Assembly: GCA_965215885.1 (NCBI GenBank)
Contig: CBDCEW010000024.1
Span: 1-21,970 of the forward strand
Origin: Candidatus Moanibacter sp.
GTDB taxonomy: Bacteria > Verrucomicrobiota > Verrucomicrobiia > Opitutales > UBA2987
Direction: 5' to 3'
Length of the DNA stretch: 21,970 nucleotides
Position numbers and translations under genes: made by a program. Shown here piece after piece: positions 8,375 through 17,582 of this stretch. How positions within the stretch are numbered: the first letter of the stretch is position 1; each line of letters begins with the position of its first letter. The notes beneath the pieces are model-generated. The model had not been told where the DNA came from and ran no database searches. It saw only the letters and a program-made list of their open reading frames with translations.

Positions 8375-10291
8375 GACCTTATCCGAAAAGCTACTGATTG
8401 GCCGCAAAGAGGCGCAAAAGGCGCAAGAAAAACTTGAGAAAAATCATTTTTTGGCTTGATAAAAAGTGTCGCAACATGCTAGTGCTTAACAACCTAAGAT
8501 TAAGAAAGGAGTTAAACATGCCAACATGTGCGACAGAGGAGAACAAAAGCGATAAGACGCCCCTTAGCAACCTCATTCTGCCGGTTCCAGACACGGAGTT
8601 TCGTGATTTTCTGGATGAAGTTGAAGAATTGGCCGGGTTCGCGGCGCAAATCATCGAGGCGATCGAGAAGGATCTGGACGCCCATGCGCGTGAGAAGAAG
8701 AAACTTCGATTGGAAGATCGAAGGTTCTTTGAAGGGCGCACAGCGGAGCTGCCGGAGCTGGACATCGAGGAGGAGAATATTCTGGCTGCTGAATTGAATC
8801 TTGGGGCAGGCCGGCCGCGGATGCCGGCTTATGCGGTATACGTGTTCGTGATGATTCGAGGGTTTCTGGGTTCGTTGACCACGAAACCGGCACGGCGGTT
8901 TGTGCGCGAGTCGATGAGCTTGTACGGATTTTTGCAGAGCGGGGGACTGAGAATGCCGGCGGTGACGACGATTCTGGAGAACGTGAACCTGGTCAGCCAT
9001 ACGACCCGCGAGTTGATCTTTGATAAACAGATTGGGTTTATCCTCCAGGAGCAATGGGACGATTTCGGGAAGCTGACGATCGACAGCACCTCGGTGAAAG
9101 CAAACAGCTGCTGGCCCACCGATGGGAAGATTCTGAGCGGTCTTTTGATGCGGGCCAATCGTTTGGGTCAGAAGTTGCATGTCTTCGGGCTGGAGGATTT
9201 TCGCAAGGGATGGGTTGGGCGTTGGCTGGAGGAAATGGACAAGCTGGAGTTTCAGATTTGTCTGGCCGCGGGCAAACCGAAGTCGAAGGGCAAGCTGAAG
9301 AAACACTACCGGCGGTTGCTCAAGCGGGGCCGCAAGGCGGCCGACTCACTAACGGGGGAACTGAGCCATCTTGAAGAGGGCCTGTCGATGGATTCACTGC
9401 CTCCCACTCGCCGGGAGCTTCTGGAGCGGGCATTGAGCCAGATCAGGGGCGATATTGCCGACGCCAAGCGGGTTGTTGAGTATGCTCATGATCGGGTGTT
9501 TCACGAAAAGAAGCTACCGTCCACACAGAAGGTCCTGAGCCTCTCGGACGGATCGGCGGCCTACATCAAGAAGGGCAGCCGCAATCCAGTGATCGGGTAC
9601 AAGCCACAACTGGTTCGCAGCGAAAACGGTTTTGTCACCAGCCTGATCGTACCGCAAGGCAACGCGGCAGACTCCATTGAGCTGGCGCCGGCCATCGGCG
9701 ATTCGATCAAGCGCACCGGTGTCATTGCTGAACTGGTCAGCACCGATGACGGATATGCTTCGGCGAAGGGACGCAAGGAGGTGCTGAGCATGGGGGTAAA
9801 GCAGATCAGTATCAGTGGGGCGAAGGGCAAGAAGTTGACCACCCCCGAGGACTGGGAGAGCGAGGCGTATCGCGAGGCACGCCGCGATCGCTCCGCAGTG
9901 GAGTCGCTGATGTTCACGATTAAAGATGGATTTGCCTTTGGCGAACTCGGCCGCCGCGGCATCGATGCGGTAGGCGATGAACTGCTCGAGAAGGTTCTGG
10001 CCTACAACTTCTGCCGCATCATACTGATGAAGAAACGCCGAGGGGAGGAACTGGAACAGGCAGCCTGAATCTGACCGCTTTGAAGCTCAGAGAAAAAAGC
10101 ACCACGGGATGAGTATGCCTCCAGACAGCGGCAAATATACGTATTGTGCAGCAAGCCACGCCGATGGCCGCTCAATACCTGCTCATCGGCAGCGCCGGCA
10201 GCCTAAAACCCGAAACCTGCCAGCCATAGGCTGGTCCGCCCGTGGCGGAGAACCTTAAACCGCCCGCTCGAAAGGCTTTTCGAATGGGGTC
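8375..10291 (+). mobile_element. Insertion sequence, ISNCY/IS5-like DDE type, 1917 bp
   Basis: Terminal inverted repeats GACCTTATCCGAAAAGC / GACCCCATTCGAAAAGC (14/17). TAGCTA is duplicated at 8369-8374 and 10292-10297; it is palindromic, so the ends are ambiguous by 1-3 nt. One transposase ORF. Confidence 0.92.
8518..10068 (+). CDS. DDE transposase (ISNCY-like)
   Basis: Motifs TIDSTSVKANSCWPTD, STDDGYAS and RSAVESLMFTIK. ATG 8518 follows an AAGGAG RBS. Confidence 0.88.
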   Translation: MPTCATEENKSDKTPLSNLILPVPDTEFRDFLDEVEELAGFAAQIIEAIEKDLDAHAREKKKLRLEDRRFFEGRTAELPELDIEEENILAAELNLGAGRPRMPAYAVYVFVMIRGFLGSLTTKPARRFVRESMSLYGFLQSGGLRMPAVTTILENVNLVSHTTRELIFDKQIGFILQEQWDDFGKLTIDSTSVKANSCWPTDGKILSGLLMRANRLGQKLHVFGLEDFRKGWVGRWLEEMDKLEFQICLAAGKPKSKGKLKKHYRRLLKRGRKAADSLTGELSHLEEGLSMDSLPPTRRELLERALSQIRGDIADAKRVVEYAHDRVFHEKKLPSTQKVLSLSDGSAAYIKKGSRNPVIGYKPQLVRSENGFVTSLIVPQGNAADSIELAPAIGDSIKRTGVIAELVSTDDGYASAKGRKEVLSMGVKQISISGAKGKKLTTPEDWESEAYREARRDRSAVESLMFTIKDGFAFGELGRRGIDAVGDELLEKVLAYNFCRIILMKKRRGEELEQAA

Positions 10292-10718
10292 TAGCTATGA
10301 GAGCATAGTGATGAATTGAATGGCTAATCAGAAACTGAAGTTCGCGCCTTACCGTAGATTCACTCCAGGAATCGGCCGCATCTTCCATTCCGCTCTCCAA
10401 TTTAACCTGTACCGGTCTATCGAGGTCAATCTCGTTGATCGTTTTCAACCGGTCCAGGATTCCCAACATTATTTCTGAGGCAATGGTACGATCGAATTCG
10501 ATGCTCGGATCCCGCTTTCGGTCGTCGTAATCGATTCTCCCCGTTTCATAACCATTGAGTAGACTTAGATAGTGGTCGATGTTGTGACGGATATGCTCAC
10601 CGATTCGGCCCTCGTAACAAGCTGCACAGGGTCGAATGTATAGATCCCCATCGAGTTCTTCGAGGAAACGCAGACACTGAAGGATGCAGTCGCAGTTTTC
10701 CTGGATGATGGGTTTCAT
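10292..10718 (-). pseudogene. 5' part (142 codons) of DinB/YfiT-like protein, interrupted by IS
   Basis: Motifs IGEHIRHNIDHY, IDYDDRKRD and RRELQFLISHSIHHYALIA. The last 29 aa of ORF 10203..10718 are read from IS sequence. Confidence 0.88.
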
Positions 10719-10735
10719 AATCAGAGGCTAGGCAT

Positions 10736-12643
10736 CTATGCGGTCACCAACGATCCTCGATTCCTCTTCGAGTGATACGTGATGAACTTTCCGTAGGCGC
10801 TCCGGCCTAGATATTTCCTGAGCAAGCGTGGATTCGACTTTGTCAGATCCACTACGATGAAACCGTCCAGCGCATCGCTGAACCCCTGGTCAATCCCGAA
10901 ACAGAGAATTACTCCGTTGAGCCGCAAATAATGCTTCAATAGTATCGGCACTCCCCTGTTGTCTCCCTCGAATTCGGATACGAGCGATGAGACATCCTCG
11001 AGTTCCGGAAGCGACGAGCCAAAGGCGATACTGCGAAGACTCTTCGGACGATTGAGCCGAGGAGGGACTCTCGCATGAATCAACTTCTGTAGCGTCGGGT
11101 GCAGACTGTTATGTCTGAGATACTCGAGCATCAGAATCTTCGACAATGGCCGATAGGTATCCGTCGTCATACACACGGCGCCAAAAAGAGTCTTATATTC
11201 CGGGAAACGCCCCACCAATTCTCCAATTCCCCTCCACAGGAGCGCTAGCAATCCCTTCTGTTTCTGATATTTTTCGGTGATAAAAGAGCGGCCCAATTCA
11301 ATCGCGGGATTAAGTTGCTCGAGCAGTCCCTTCCTGAATTCGAAGAGTGTATTACAATATAGACCTTCAACCCCGTATTCCTCTACAACCCGGTCGACGA
11401 AGCAAAGACGGTAGGCGCCGGCGATTTCGCAAGTCTCATTGTTCCACAAGAAGAGATGGTGGTAGATCGCGTCAAATCGGTCGATATCGCTCGGTTTTCC
11501 CGTTCCTTCATCAACAACTCGGAAAGTCTCTTCGCGCACTCTTCCAATCTCATGCAGAAGATTGGGAATCTGCTCTGCCTCGGCGTAATACACCGTGAAG
11601 ATACCCTTTTCCACGAGACGGCGCTCCTCGGGAAGCGCTTGGATGTCACCAATCAGGGCACTTGCCGGCATCCGCTGGCAGATCGGCTCCATTTTTGGTC
11701 TGGTCACCGAAAGAGGCCTTCTATGCATTTTCTCTTCCTTTTCGGAATCCCGCTCCCGGAGGAGGTAGGTATTCAGTCGCAGGAATTCGGAAAGCGCCTC
11801 TGCGGTATCGAACCGCCTCAGTCGCGCCGGCAGGATCGGCCTTCCGATCTTCACATGGAACGAGCACCCTCTTTTGTTCATCAATTCTCTCCCAAGAAAT
11901 GCCGTGCGTAATCTAGGGTGGAGTAGACTGAGCAGCTGAAACATCATGGTGTTCTTGCCTTCCAAATAGATCGGAACAACGCTGGCCCCGCTTCGCTGGA
12001 TCAAAGTCGCCGTATTCGGATTCCACTGCGGGTCCGTAACCATACGCTTTTTCAGATTGTAATGAGCAACCGTTCCGGCGGGGAAGGTACCAAGGCAATG
12101 TCCTTCTCTGAGCCAGCGTAAGACCTCTTTTAACGGCGCCACGTTCATTCTCGCTGCCCGTTTCGATCCAAAAGGATTCACTTCAATCGTCCACTCCTTC
12201 ATCTCCTCTACAGCCCCTAGGAGGTAATTTACCAGGAGTTTCGAATCGGCCCGAACGGAGGCGAGAATCGAACCGAGTATGATGCCGTCAATTCCTCCGC
12301 ACGGATGATTGGCTACACAAACCACGGGACCGTTTCTCGGGATTCTGGCAAGATCCCTTTCGGATACGACAAGGCGAACATTTCCCAAATTCAAGGCGTG
12401 ATCGAAAAAATTAGCACTGCGATCTCGATCATTCGCAAAGCGGCGGCTCACTTCCTCGTAACCATCATTGATCTCATCCACACAAAGCAGAAAATCGATT
12501 GGCCGCCCGACAAACCAGTAGGCCTGTCTGAGAATCGGACTTTTAATCGATCTTCGAAAATCGACAAGCTTCTCCGTGCCCGTTTTCGAGTGCGGGTTAT
12601 GAGACTGATCGCCTACTGATCGGGATTTGCAGAGCATGCTCAC
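10736..12643 (-). CDS. Bifunctional acyltransferase: N-terminal PlsC-type O-acyltransferase plus C-terminal GNAT (OlsB-type) N-acyltransferase; OlsF-like amino-lipid synthase
   Basis: Motifs VANHPCGGIDG (HxxxxD), FPAGTV, EIGRVREETFR..EGTGK..DIDRFD, IELGRSFI..YQ and GVPILLKHYLRLNG. The start may be ATG 12637. Confidence 0.88.
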   Translation of the reverse strand: MSMLCKSRSVGDQSHNPHSKTGTEKLVDFRRSIKSPILRQAYWFVGRPIDFLLCVDEINDGYEEVSRRFANDRDRSANFFDHALNLGNVRLVVSERDLARIPRNGPVVCVANHPCGGIDGIILGSILASVRADSKLLVNYLLGAVEEMKEWTIEVNPFGSKRAARMNVAPLKEVLRWLREGHCLGTFPAGTVAHYNLKKRMVTDPQWNPNTATLIQRSGASVVPIYLEGKNTMMFQLLSLLHPRLRTAFLGRELMNKRGCSFHVKIGRPILPARLRRFDTAEALSEFLRLNTYLLRERDSEKEEKMHRRPLSVTRPKMEPICQRMPASALIGDIQALPEERRLVEKGIFTVYYAEAEQIPNLLHEIGRVREETFRVVDEGTGKPSDIDRFDAIYHHLFLWNNETCEIAGAYRLCFVDRVVEEYGVEGLYCNTLFEFRKGLLEQLNPAIELGRSFITEKYQKQKGLLALLWRGIGELVGRFPEYKTLFGAVCMTTDTYRPLSKILMLEYLRHNSLHPTLQKLIHARVPPRLNRPKSLRSIAFGSSLPELEDVSSLVSEFEGDNRGVPILLKHYLRLNGVILCFGIDQGFSDALDGFIVVDLTKSNPRLLRKYLGRSAYGKFITYHSKRNRGSLVTA

Positions 12644-12703
12644 TTCGCAGTATTGGGAATCGCGTTTTTGCTACACCGCATTGGCGCTAACTTGAGAGGG
12701 TGG

Positions 12704-13150
12704 TTACTTCGGATCGGCTGGCAGCGGCGTTGATGAACGCCGAGGCTTGGATGGTGAGCCCTTCTCTAGCGGCAGGCCGTTCTTCCGCCATTCGCTTAAA
12801 TCGCCTTCAAGATGCCTCACTTTGACAAATCCGTTCTCTCGCAGAACGGCCTCGGCATGGGATGCCCGCACACCCCGCTCACAGTGGACAACGACTACCC
12901 TTTCCCTGAACTTTTCGATTTCGCCGATTCGTTTTACCACCTCGCTATGGGGAATATTTACTGCCCCGTGTATGTGCCCGCTCTTGTATTCCTCGGAACT
13001 TCGAACATCGAGAATGATTGGCGCTTGATCGCTTAGGATTCTCCGAAGCAGTTCTTTGGTGCCGACCGATGCAGTCTCCCCATCTGCCCATAACGCCGCT
13101 ACGAGGAGCGGGAACACGGGAAATATTGCAAGTTTTCGGTGGGTAAGCAT
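12704..13150 (-). CDS. Single-domain rhodanese with probable signal peptide (PspE-like)
   Basis: Motifs ILDVRSSEEYKSGHIHGAVNIP, active-site loop HCERGVRA and LEGDLSEW. Hydrophobic N-terminus ending ALWA. Confidence 0.9.
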   Translation of the reverse strand: MLTHRKLAIFPVFPLLVAALWADGETASVGTKELLRRILSDQAPIILDVRSSEEYKSGHIHGAVNIPHSEVVKRIGEIEKFRERVVVVHCERGVRASHAEAVLRENGFVKVRHLEGDLSEWRKNGLPLEKGSPSKPRRSSTPLPADPK

Positions 13151-13312
13151 GAGACTCTTCGATCAACAAGTCACGGAGACCGATTATCGAAGAGGTGTAT
13201 ACCAACACGCAACCCGAAATGGCAAGTAACCAGCGAATTCGCCACAATTTCTCCGTTTACCAAGGCAGGATTCATCAGTCGACAAAGTTTCCGACAATGC
13301 TTACGACGAAGT

Positions 13313-14470
13313 ATGGGAATGGCAACCGGATCGGGCAAACGCTGCGACGTAGCTGTGATCGGCGCGGGGATCAACGGGCTTTGTGCCGTCTTTCATCTGT
13401 TAAGGCGAGGTGTTTCCCGGGTTGCCCTCATCGAGCAATTCGACCTGGGGCACACCCGAGGAAGTTCTCACGGCCAAAGCCGCATTACGCGAAGCGCCTA
13501 CATCAACAAAGATTACGTCCATCTCATGCAGGTGGCCCACAAGGAGGAATGGCCTCGACTGGAACGGGACTTGAAGGCGTGCCTCATCCACCGAATTGAC
13601 GGCTGTTATTATGGCCCGGCGGGCGGCACATACGACAGCTACGCTGCTTCCGTCGCACAGGTTGGCCTGGACGTGGAAGAAGTGACCGCCGAAGAGGCGA
13701 GAAGAAGCTATCCCCAGTTCCAGTTTCCCGATTCCACCGGTGTCCTCATCGACCGAACGGGAGGCTTCATCGCGGCGGCTGAAGCCGTTCGGTGTCTCTC
13801 CGACCTGGCCCGTCGAAAGGTGGACATCCTGGAGCGATGTCGCGTCCGGTCGATCGACCCTGGTACTAATTTCGTCCGGATCAACACCGACGCCGGCTTT
13901 GTCGACGCCGACCGCCTCATCGTCGCCGCCGGGCCCTGGGCAGCCCGCCTGATTCCCGCCCTGTCGGCCCGGCTCACCGTCACCCGGCAGGTGGTCGGCT
14001 ACTTCGAGATGGAAGGCCTGCCCGGAGACTACGAGCCCGGCCCTTTTCCCGTGTGGGGCTACCTCGGCGGCCCCCAGAGCGTCACATTCTACGGGCTCCC
14101 ACGTTTCGGGAAGGATGGCATCAAGGTCGCACGTCACGTAACCGGCGGGCGCAGAGACGACCCCGACCGGGTACCGGCGGAATTTGAGCCGGACTGCATC
14201 GAAGATCTTCGGGATTTCGTGACGAAGCATTTCTCAATTCCGGCCCGGCGCCTGGTGCGGTTGGAGCACTGCCATTACACGAACACTCAGAGCGAAGATT
14301 TCATAGTCGATTTTCACCCCGACGACGACCGAATCGTAGTCGCGGCCGGTTTTTCGGGGCACGGATTCAAATTCGGTCCCGTAACCGGGCGCGTCCTCGC
14401 GTCCCTCTCCCTCGACGGCGAATCGGATCTGCCGGAATTCTCGATCGCCCGCGACAGGTTCCGGTTATAG
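13313..14470 (+). CDS. FAD-dependent N-methyl amino acid oxidase (monomeric sarcosine oxidase / SolA family)
   Basis: Motifs DVAVIGAGING, GSSHGQSRITR, CHYTNT (candidate covalent-FAD Cys) and GFSGHGFKFGP. True start is likely ATG 13313 or 13319, not 13139. Confidence 0.88.
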   Translation: MGMATGSGKRCDVAVIGAGINGLCAVFHLLRRGVSRVALIEQFDLGHTRGSSHGQSRITRSAYINKDYVHLMQVAHKEEWPRLERDLKACLIHRIDGCYYGPAGGTYDSYAASVAQVGLDVEEVTAEEARRSYPQFQFPDSTGVLIDRTGGFIAAAEAVRCLSDLARRKVDILERCRVRSIDPGTNFVRINTDAGFVDADRLIVAAGPWAARLIPALSARLTVTRQVVGYFEMEGLPGDYEPGPFPVWGYLGGPQSVTFYGLPRFGKDGIKVARHVTGGRRDDPDRVPAEFEPDCIEDLRDFVTKHFSIPARRLVRLEHCHYTNTQSEDFIVDFHPDDDRIVVAAGFSGHGFKFGPVTGRVLASLSLDGESDLPEFSIARDRFRL

Positions 14471-14548
14471 ACTACCGAGGATTCAATCCAGCAATCCTCG
14501 CCTGCCTCGGCACAGCGGAGCAACGACGGGTCGCAATCCCGCTGAGCG

Positions 14549-16154
14549 CATACGCGTAAACCTTATTTTCGCAACTTAGTCAGATTCAAAGACTTGCGAG
14601 GTATTTTGCGGCGGAGTATGAGGGTGTCTCTATCCTCGAGGTTCCACTCCATTTGTTCGCCCTTTTCTATTTGCTTCGTTTCGACCACAGCGGTGAGGAA
14701 ATTCGCAGTTGAGCGAGTGCATTTTGGCCGGGTTATCTTCTCTACTTTTACCGTCTACCCCATTTTTTTTCACTTTGGCAGCATTTTATACTGTACATTC
14801 GTTCATATATAGGATTTATCCTTCGGATGCAAAGTATAAAAAAAGCTGATTGTATCCGTCAAACCTTCCGTAAGTTGAACCTCACAGCCCTCGCTAAACA
14901 GAGTGGTTTTAGAGAGAGGAAATCGCGCAAGATCTCCCCTCTGAACTTTGTTTTGGCTTTGCTGGCGATGGCTTCTAAGGGGGCCTTGTCCCTTGGCAAA
15001 GAAGCCGAGCTTATTGGATTCTTAGCCAACCGCACCATTTCCAGACAAGCGGTCCAAAAGTGCGCCAAAAAAGCCACCGCTTTTATGACCTTAGTGCTCC
15101 TGAGGCTTTTAGAACTTAAAGCTTATGGGCCTGTGGGCAGAGCTGTTCCAAATTGCATGAGGAGCTTTGAACGGGTTCTCATTGCCGACAGCACTTCGAT
15201 TGGCTTGCCTAAGGTCCTGGCCCCCTTCTTCCCCGGAGCGTCCAATCAGACAGGCTCCAAACAGGCTCAACTGAAGATTCAGGCCTATTACGATCTGCGC
15301 AATGAATCCTTCGTTGACTTCAGCCTCAGTAGCTTCCGAAAAAACGATCAGGCTGCTTCCAAAGACATTCTCGCTCTCGCTCAACCCAACGACTTGATCC
15401 TGCGCGACTTAGGCTATTTTGTCCTCGATGTCTTTAAGCAACTCGATCAGCGCGGCTGCTTCTTTGTGAGTCGTTTGAAAACCGGCACTTGCCTTTTAGC
15501 CAACGAAGGCGATGAAGAGCTCGATCTACGCAAACTTTTACGTGGCCAAAAGCTTCTCGATATGCCCGTTCGGGTGGGTAAAAAAGCCAAGCTTCCGGTT
15601 CGTCTGATCGCCGTCAAACTCCCTCAGAAGGTGGCCCATAAACGCCGCCGCGAGCATAGACAAAACCGCGACAATAGACTTCGATATACCAGCCGCACCA
15701 GCTTCCTTCTCGGTTTCCAAATCTTTATTACAAACCTCCATCAGAAAGACTTTAGCCCTAAGCAGATTCTGAGCTTTTACGGGCTTCGCTGGCGCATCGA
15801 AATTTTCTTTAAGGCCTTTAAGCAACATCTTAATCTCGGTCAGGTCAAAGAGACTACTCCCTACCAGGTTGAGCTTCTTATCTACGCCCGTCTCATCCTC
15901 ATTACCCACTTACTCAACTTCGTCTATGGTCCCCTTAGACACTATTCGAATACCAGTTTGTCCTCTCCTCTGAGTATCCTTAAATTCTCCTACTGGTTTG
16001 GCTTCTTTGCTCCCTACTTCTTCATCCTCTCTCACATTCCCAAAGATCAGATCATCCCCCGATGGCTCAAACAAATCCCCAAACACTGCACCTATGAAAA
16101 GCGTTCTCGACTTGATTTCCTCTCTTGTTTCTTCTCCTTAGGTTAACGCAAATG
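14549..16154 (+). mobile_element. IS4-family insertion sequence, 1606 bp
   Basis: Ends CATACGCGTAAACCT / CATTTGCGTTAACCT (12/15). Flanks CGCTGAGCG (14540-14548) and CGCTCAGCG (16155-16163). The transposase stop lies in the right inverted repeat. Confidence 0.9.
14827..16146 (+). CDS. IS4-family transposase
   Basis: Motifs LIADST and LRDLGYF, plus the YREK signature YGLRWRIEIFFKAFK. Confidence 0.93.
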   Translation: MQSIKKADCIRQTFRKLNLTALAKQSGFRERKSRKISPLNFVLALLAMASKGALSLGKEAELIGFLANRTISRQAVQKCAKKATAFMTLVLLRLLELKAYGPVGRAVPNCMRSFERVLIADSTSIGLPKVLAPFFPGASNQTGSKQAQLKIQAYYDLRNESFVDFSLSSFRKNDQAASKDILALAQPNDLILRDLGYFVLDVFKQLDQRGCFFVSRLKTGTCLLANEGDEELDLRKLLRGQKLLDMPVRVGKKAKLPVRLIAVKLPQKVAHKRRREHRQNRDNRLRYTSRTSFLLGFQIFITNLHQKDFSPKQILSFYGLRWRIEIFFKAFKQHLNLGQVKETTPYQVELLIYARLILITHLLNFVYGPLRHYSNTSLSSPLSILKFSYWFGFFAPYFFILSHIPKDQIIPRWLKQIPKHCTYEKRSRLDFLSCFFSLG

Positions 16155-16381
16155 CGCTCAGCGGGACCCGAACCTTGTCGAAATATGCATCGGGACTGTA
16201 ATCGGCATCGAGTCCTGGCTTGCCGGCTAGCCGGGATTGAATGTAGAATTTTCGACGTTCAATTGATATCTTATCGATCTTCTCCCCATTCGATTTTGGA
16301 TCGCGGCCTGCCATGGGCTAGTCGAATGGATTATGAACCTCGACAGAAGATCGTATAGCTCCCCTTCTCCCATCGTGTTCC

Positions 16382-16591
16382 CTCCTTGATGTCGACAACT
16401 TCAAGAAATTCAATGACACTTACCGACACCTCTTGGGAGACGAAGTTCTTAGGCTCGTTGCGAAATGAATCCTGGAAGTGACACATTCCAGCGACTTTGC
16501 GGCCCGCTACGGCGGAGAGGAATATGTCGTTATTTTACCAGATTCGAACCTCACCACTGTGAACGCAGTGGCAGAACAAATCCCTGCTTGA
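16382..16591 (+). pseudogene. GGDEF (diguanylate cyclase) domain remnant
   Basis: Manual translation gives LLDVDNFKKFNDTYRHLLGDEVLRLVAK*ILEVTHSSDFAARYGGEEYVVILPDSNLTTVNAVAEQIPA*. In-frame TGA at 16466-16468; truncated at both ends. Confidence 0.9.
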
Positions 16592-16760
16592 TGTGTAAGG
16601 CGCTTCAAACGAATTGGGGTTAGAATTAAAATCATCGTCGTAATCAGGACTCATTGAGTCCTATATCGGCAACTGTGTGCTCCGGGTCGGGAAGTTTCAT
16701 TTCTCGCTTGCTTGAAACACGGCCAATCCAGCACATTATCAACAATCGACGGTAATACTT

Positions 16761-17582
16761 ATGAGTAGCCAAAACCGAAAAGGTCTCGTTTCGATCAATA
16801 CCTTGTTCGCGATGAAGAAGCGCAGCGAGAAATTCGCGGCGCTGACCGCCTACGACGCATGCTTCGCCGAGTTGATCAGCTCGGTCGGGATCGAGGTTTT
16901 GCTGGTGGGCGATTCCCTGGGAATGGTGCTCCAGGGACACGATAGCACGCTGCCTGTGAAGCTGGACGATATGGTCTACCACATGCACTGCGTCCGAGCC
17001 GGCAACCGCGGCAGCCTCATCATGGCCGACCTGCCCTTCATGAGCTATGCATCCGAAGGGCAATCGCTCGAAAGTGCAGCGGCATTGATGCGGGCTGGCG
17101 CGCACGTCGTCAAGCTGGAAGGCGGCGCCTGGCTCGCCGAGTCGACTCGCCTGCTGACCGAGCGGGGCATTCCGGTGTGCGCCCACATGGGTCTCACTCC
17201 GCAATCGATCAATCGCCTCGGCGGCTATCGCGTTCAAGGGCGAGATCCGGAGAAGGCCAGCGCCATGCTGGAGGAAGCGTTGATTCTGGAGGACTCGGGT
17301 GCCGTTATAATTCTGCTGGAATGCGTGCCGGTCGATCTGGGTCGCGAGATCACCGAGCGCCTCGACGTGCCGGTAATCGGCATCGGGGCCGGCCCTCATA
17401 CCGACGGCCAAATCATGGTGATGCACGACATGCTGGGCGTCACCCCCTCTTCGTTTCGCGTGCCGAAGTTCGTGAAGAATTTCATGGGGGAAAGCAAAGA
17501 GGGCGTGAAGGGGGCGTTCGAGGCTTACGCCAAAGCCGTTCACGAGGGCACGTTTCCAGCGCCAGAGCACTGTTTCACCTGA
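16761..17582 (+). CDS. panB: 3-methyl-2-oxobutanoate hydroxymethyltransferase
   Basis: Motifs LTAYD, LLVGDSLGM, ADLPFMSY, VKLEGG, HMGLTPQS and IGIGAG...DGQIMVMHDMLG. Confidence 0.97.
   Translation: MSSQNRKGLVSINTLFAMKKRSEKFAALTAYDACFAELISSVGIEVLLVGDSLGMVLQGHDSTLPVKLDDMVYHMHCVRAGNRGSLIMADLPFMSYASEGQSLESAAALMRAGAHVVKLEGGAWLAESTRLLTERGIPVCAHMGLTPQSINRLGGYRVQGRDPEKASAMLEEALILEDSGAVIILLECVPVDLGREITERLDVPVIGIGAGPHTDGQIMVMHDMLGVTPSSFRVPKFVKNFMGESKEGVKGAFEAYAKAVHEGTFPAPEHCFT

Noticed and set aside
8365..8394. Hybrid IS promoter for the fusion gene (minus-strand TATAAT at 8370-8365)
   Set aside because: No TTGACA-like -35 at 16-18 nt spacing in the IS end and no extended -10.
13139..13312. N-terminal extension of the oxidase
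   Set aside because: It overlaps the divergent rhodanese start and promoter region; the FAD-binding motif begins just after ATG 13313/13319.
8512..17570. Other long antisense ORFs (8512-9306, 13400-14230, 16644-17570)
   Set aside because: Shadows of well-supported genes on the opposite strand in GC-rich DNA.
17177..17581. 135-aa N-terminal extension of PanC
   Set aside because: It overlaps panB out of frame; the real start is the TGATG-coupled ATG at 17582.
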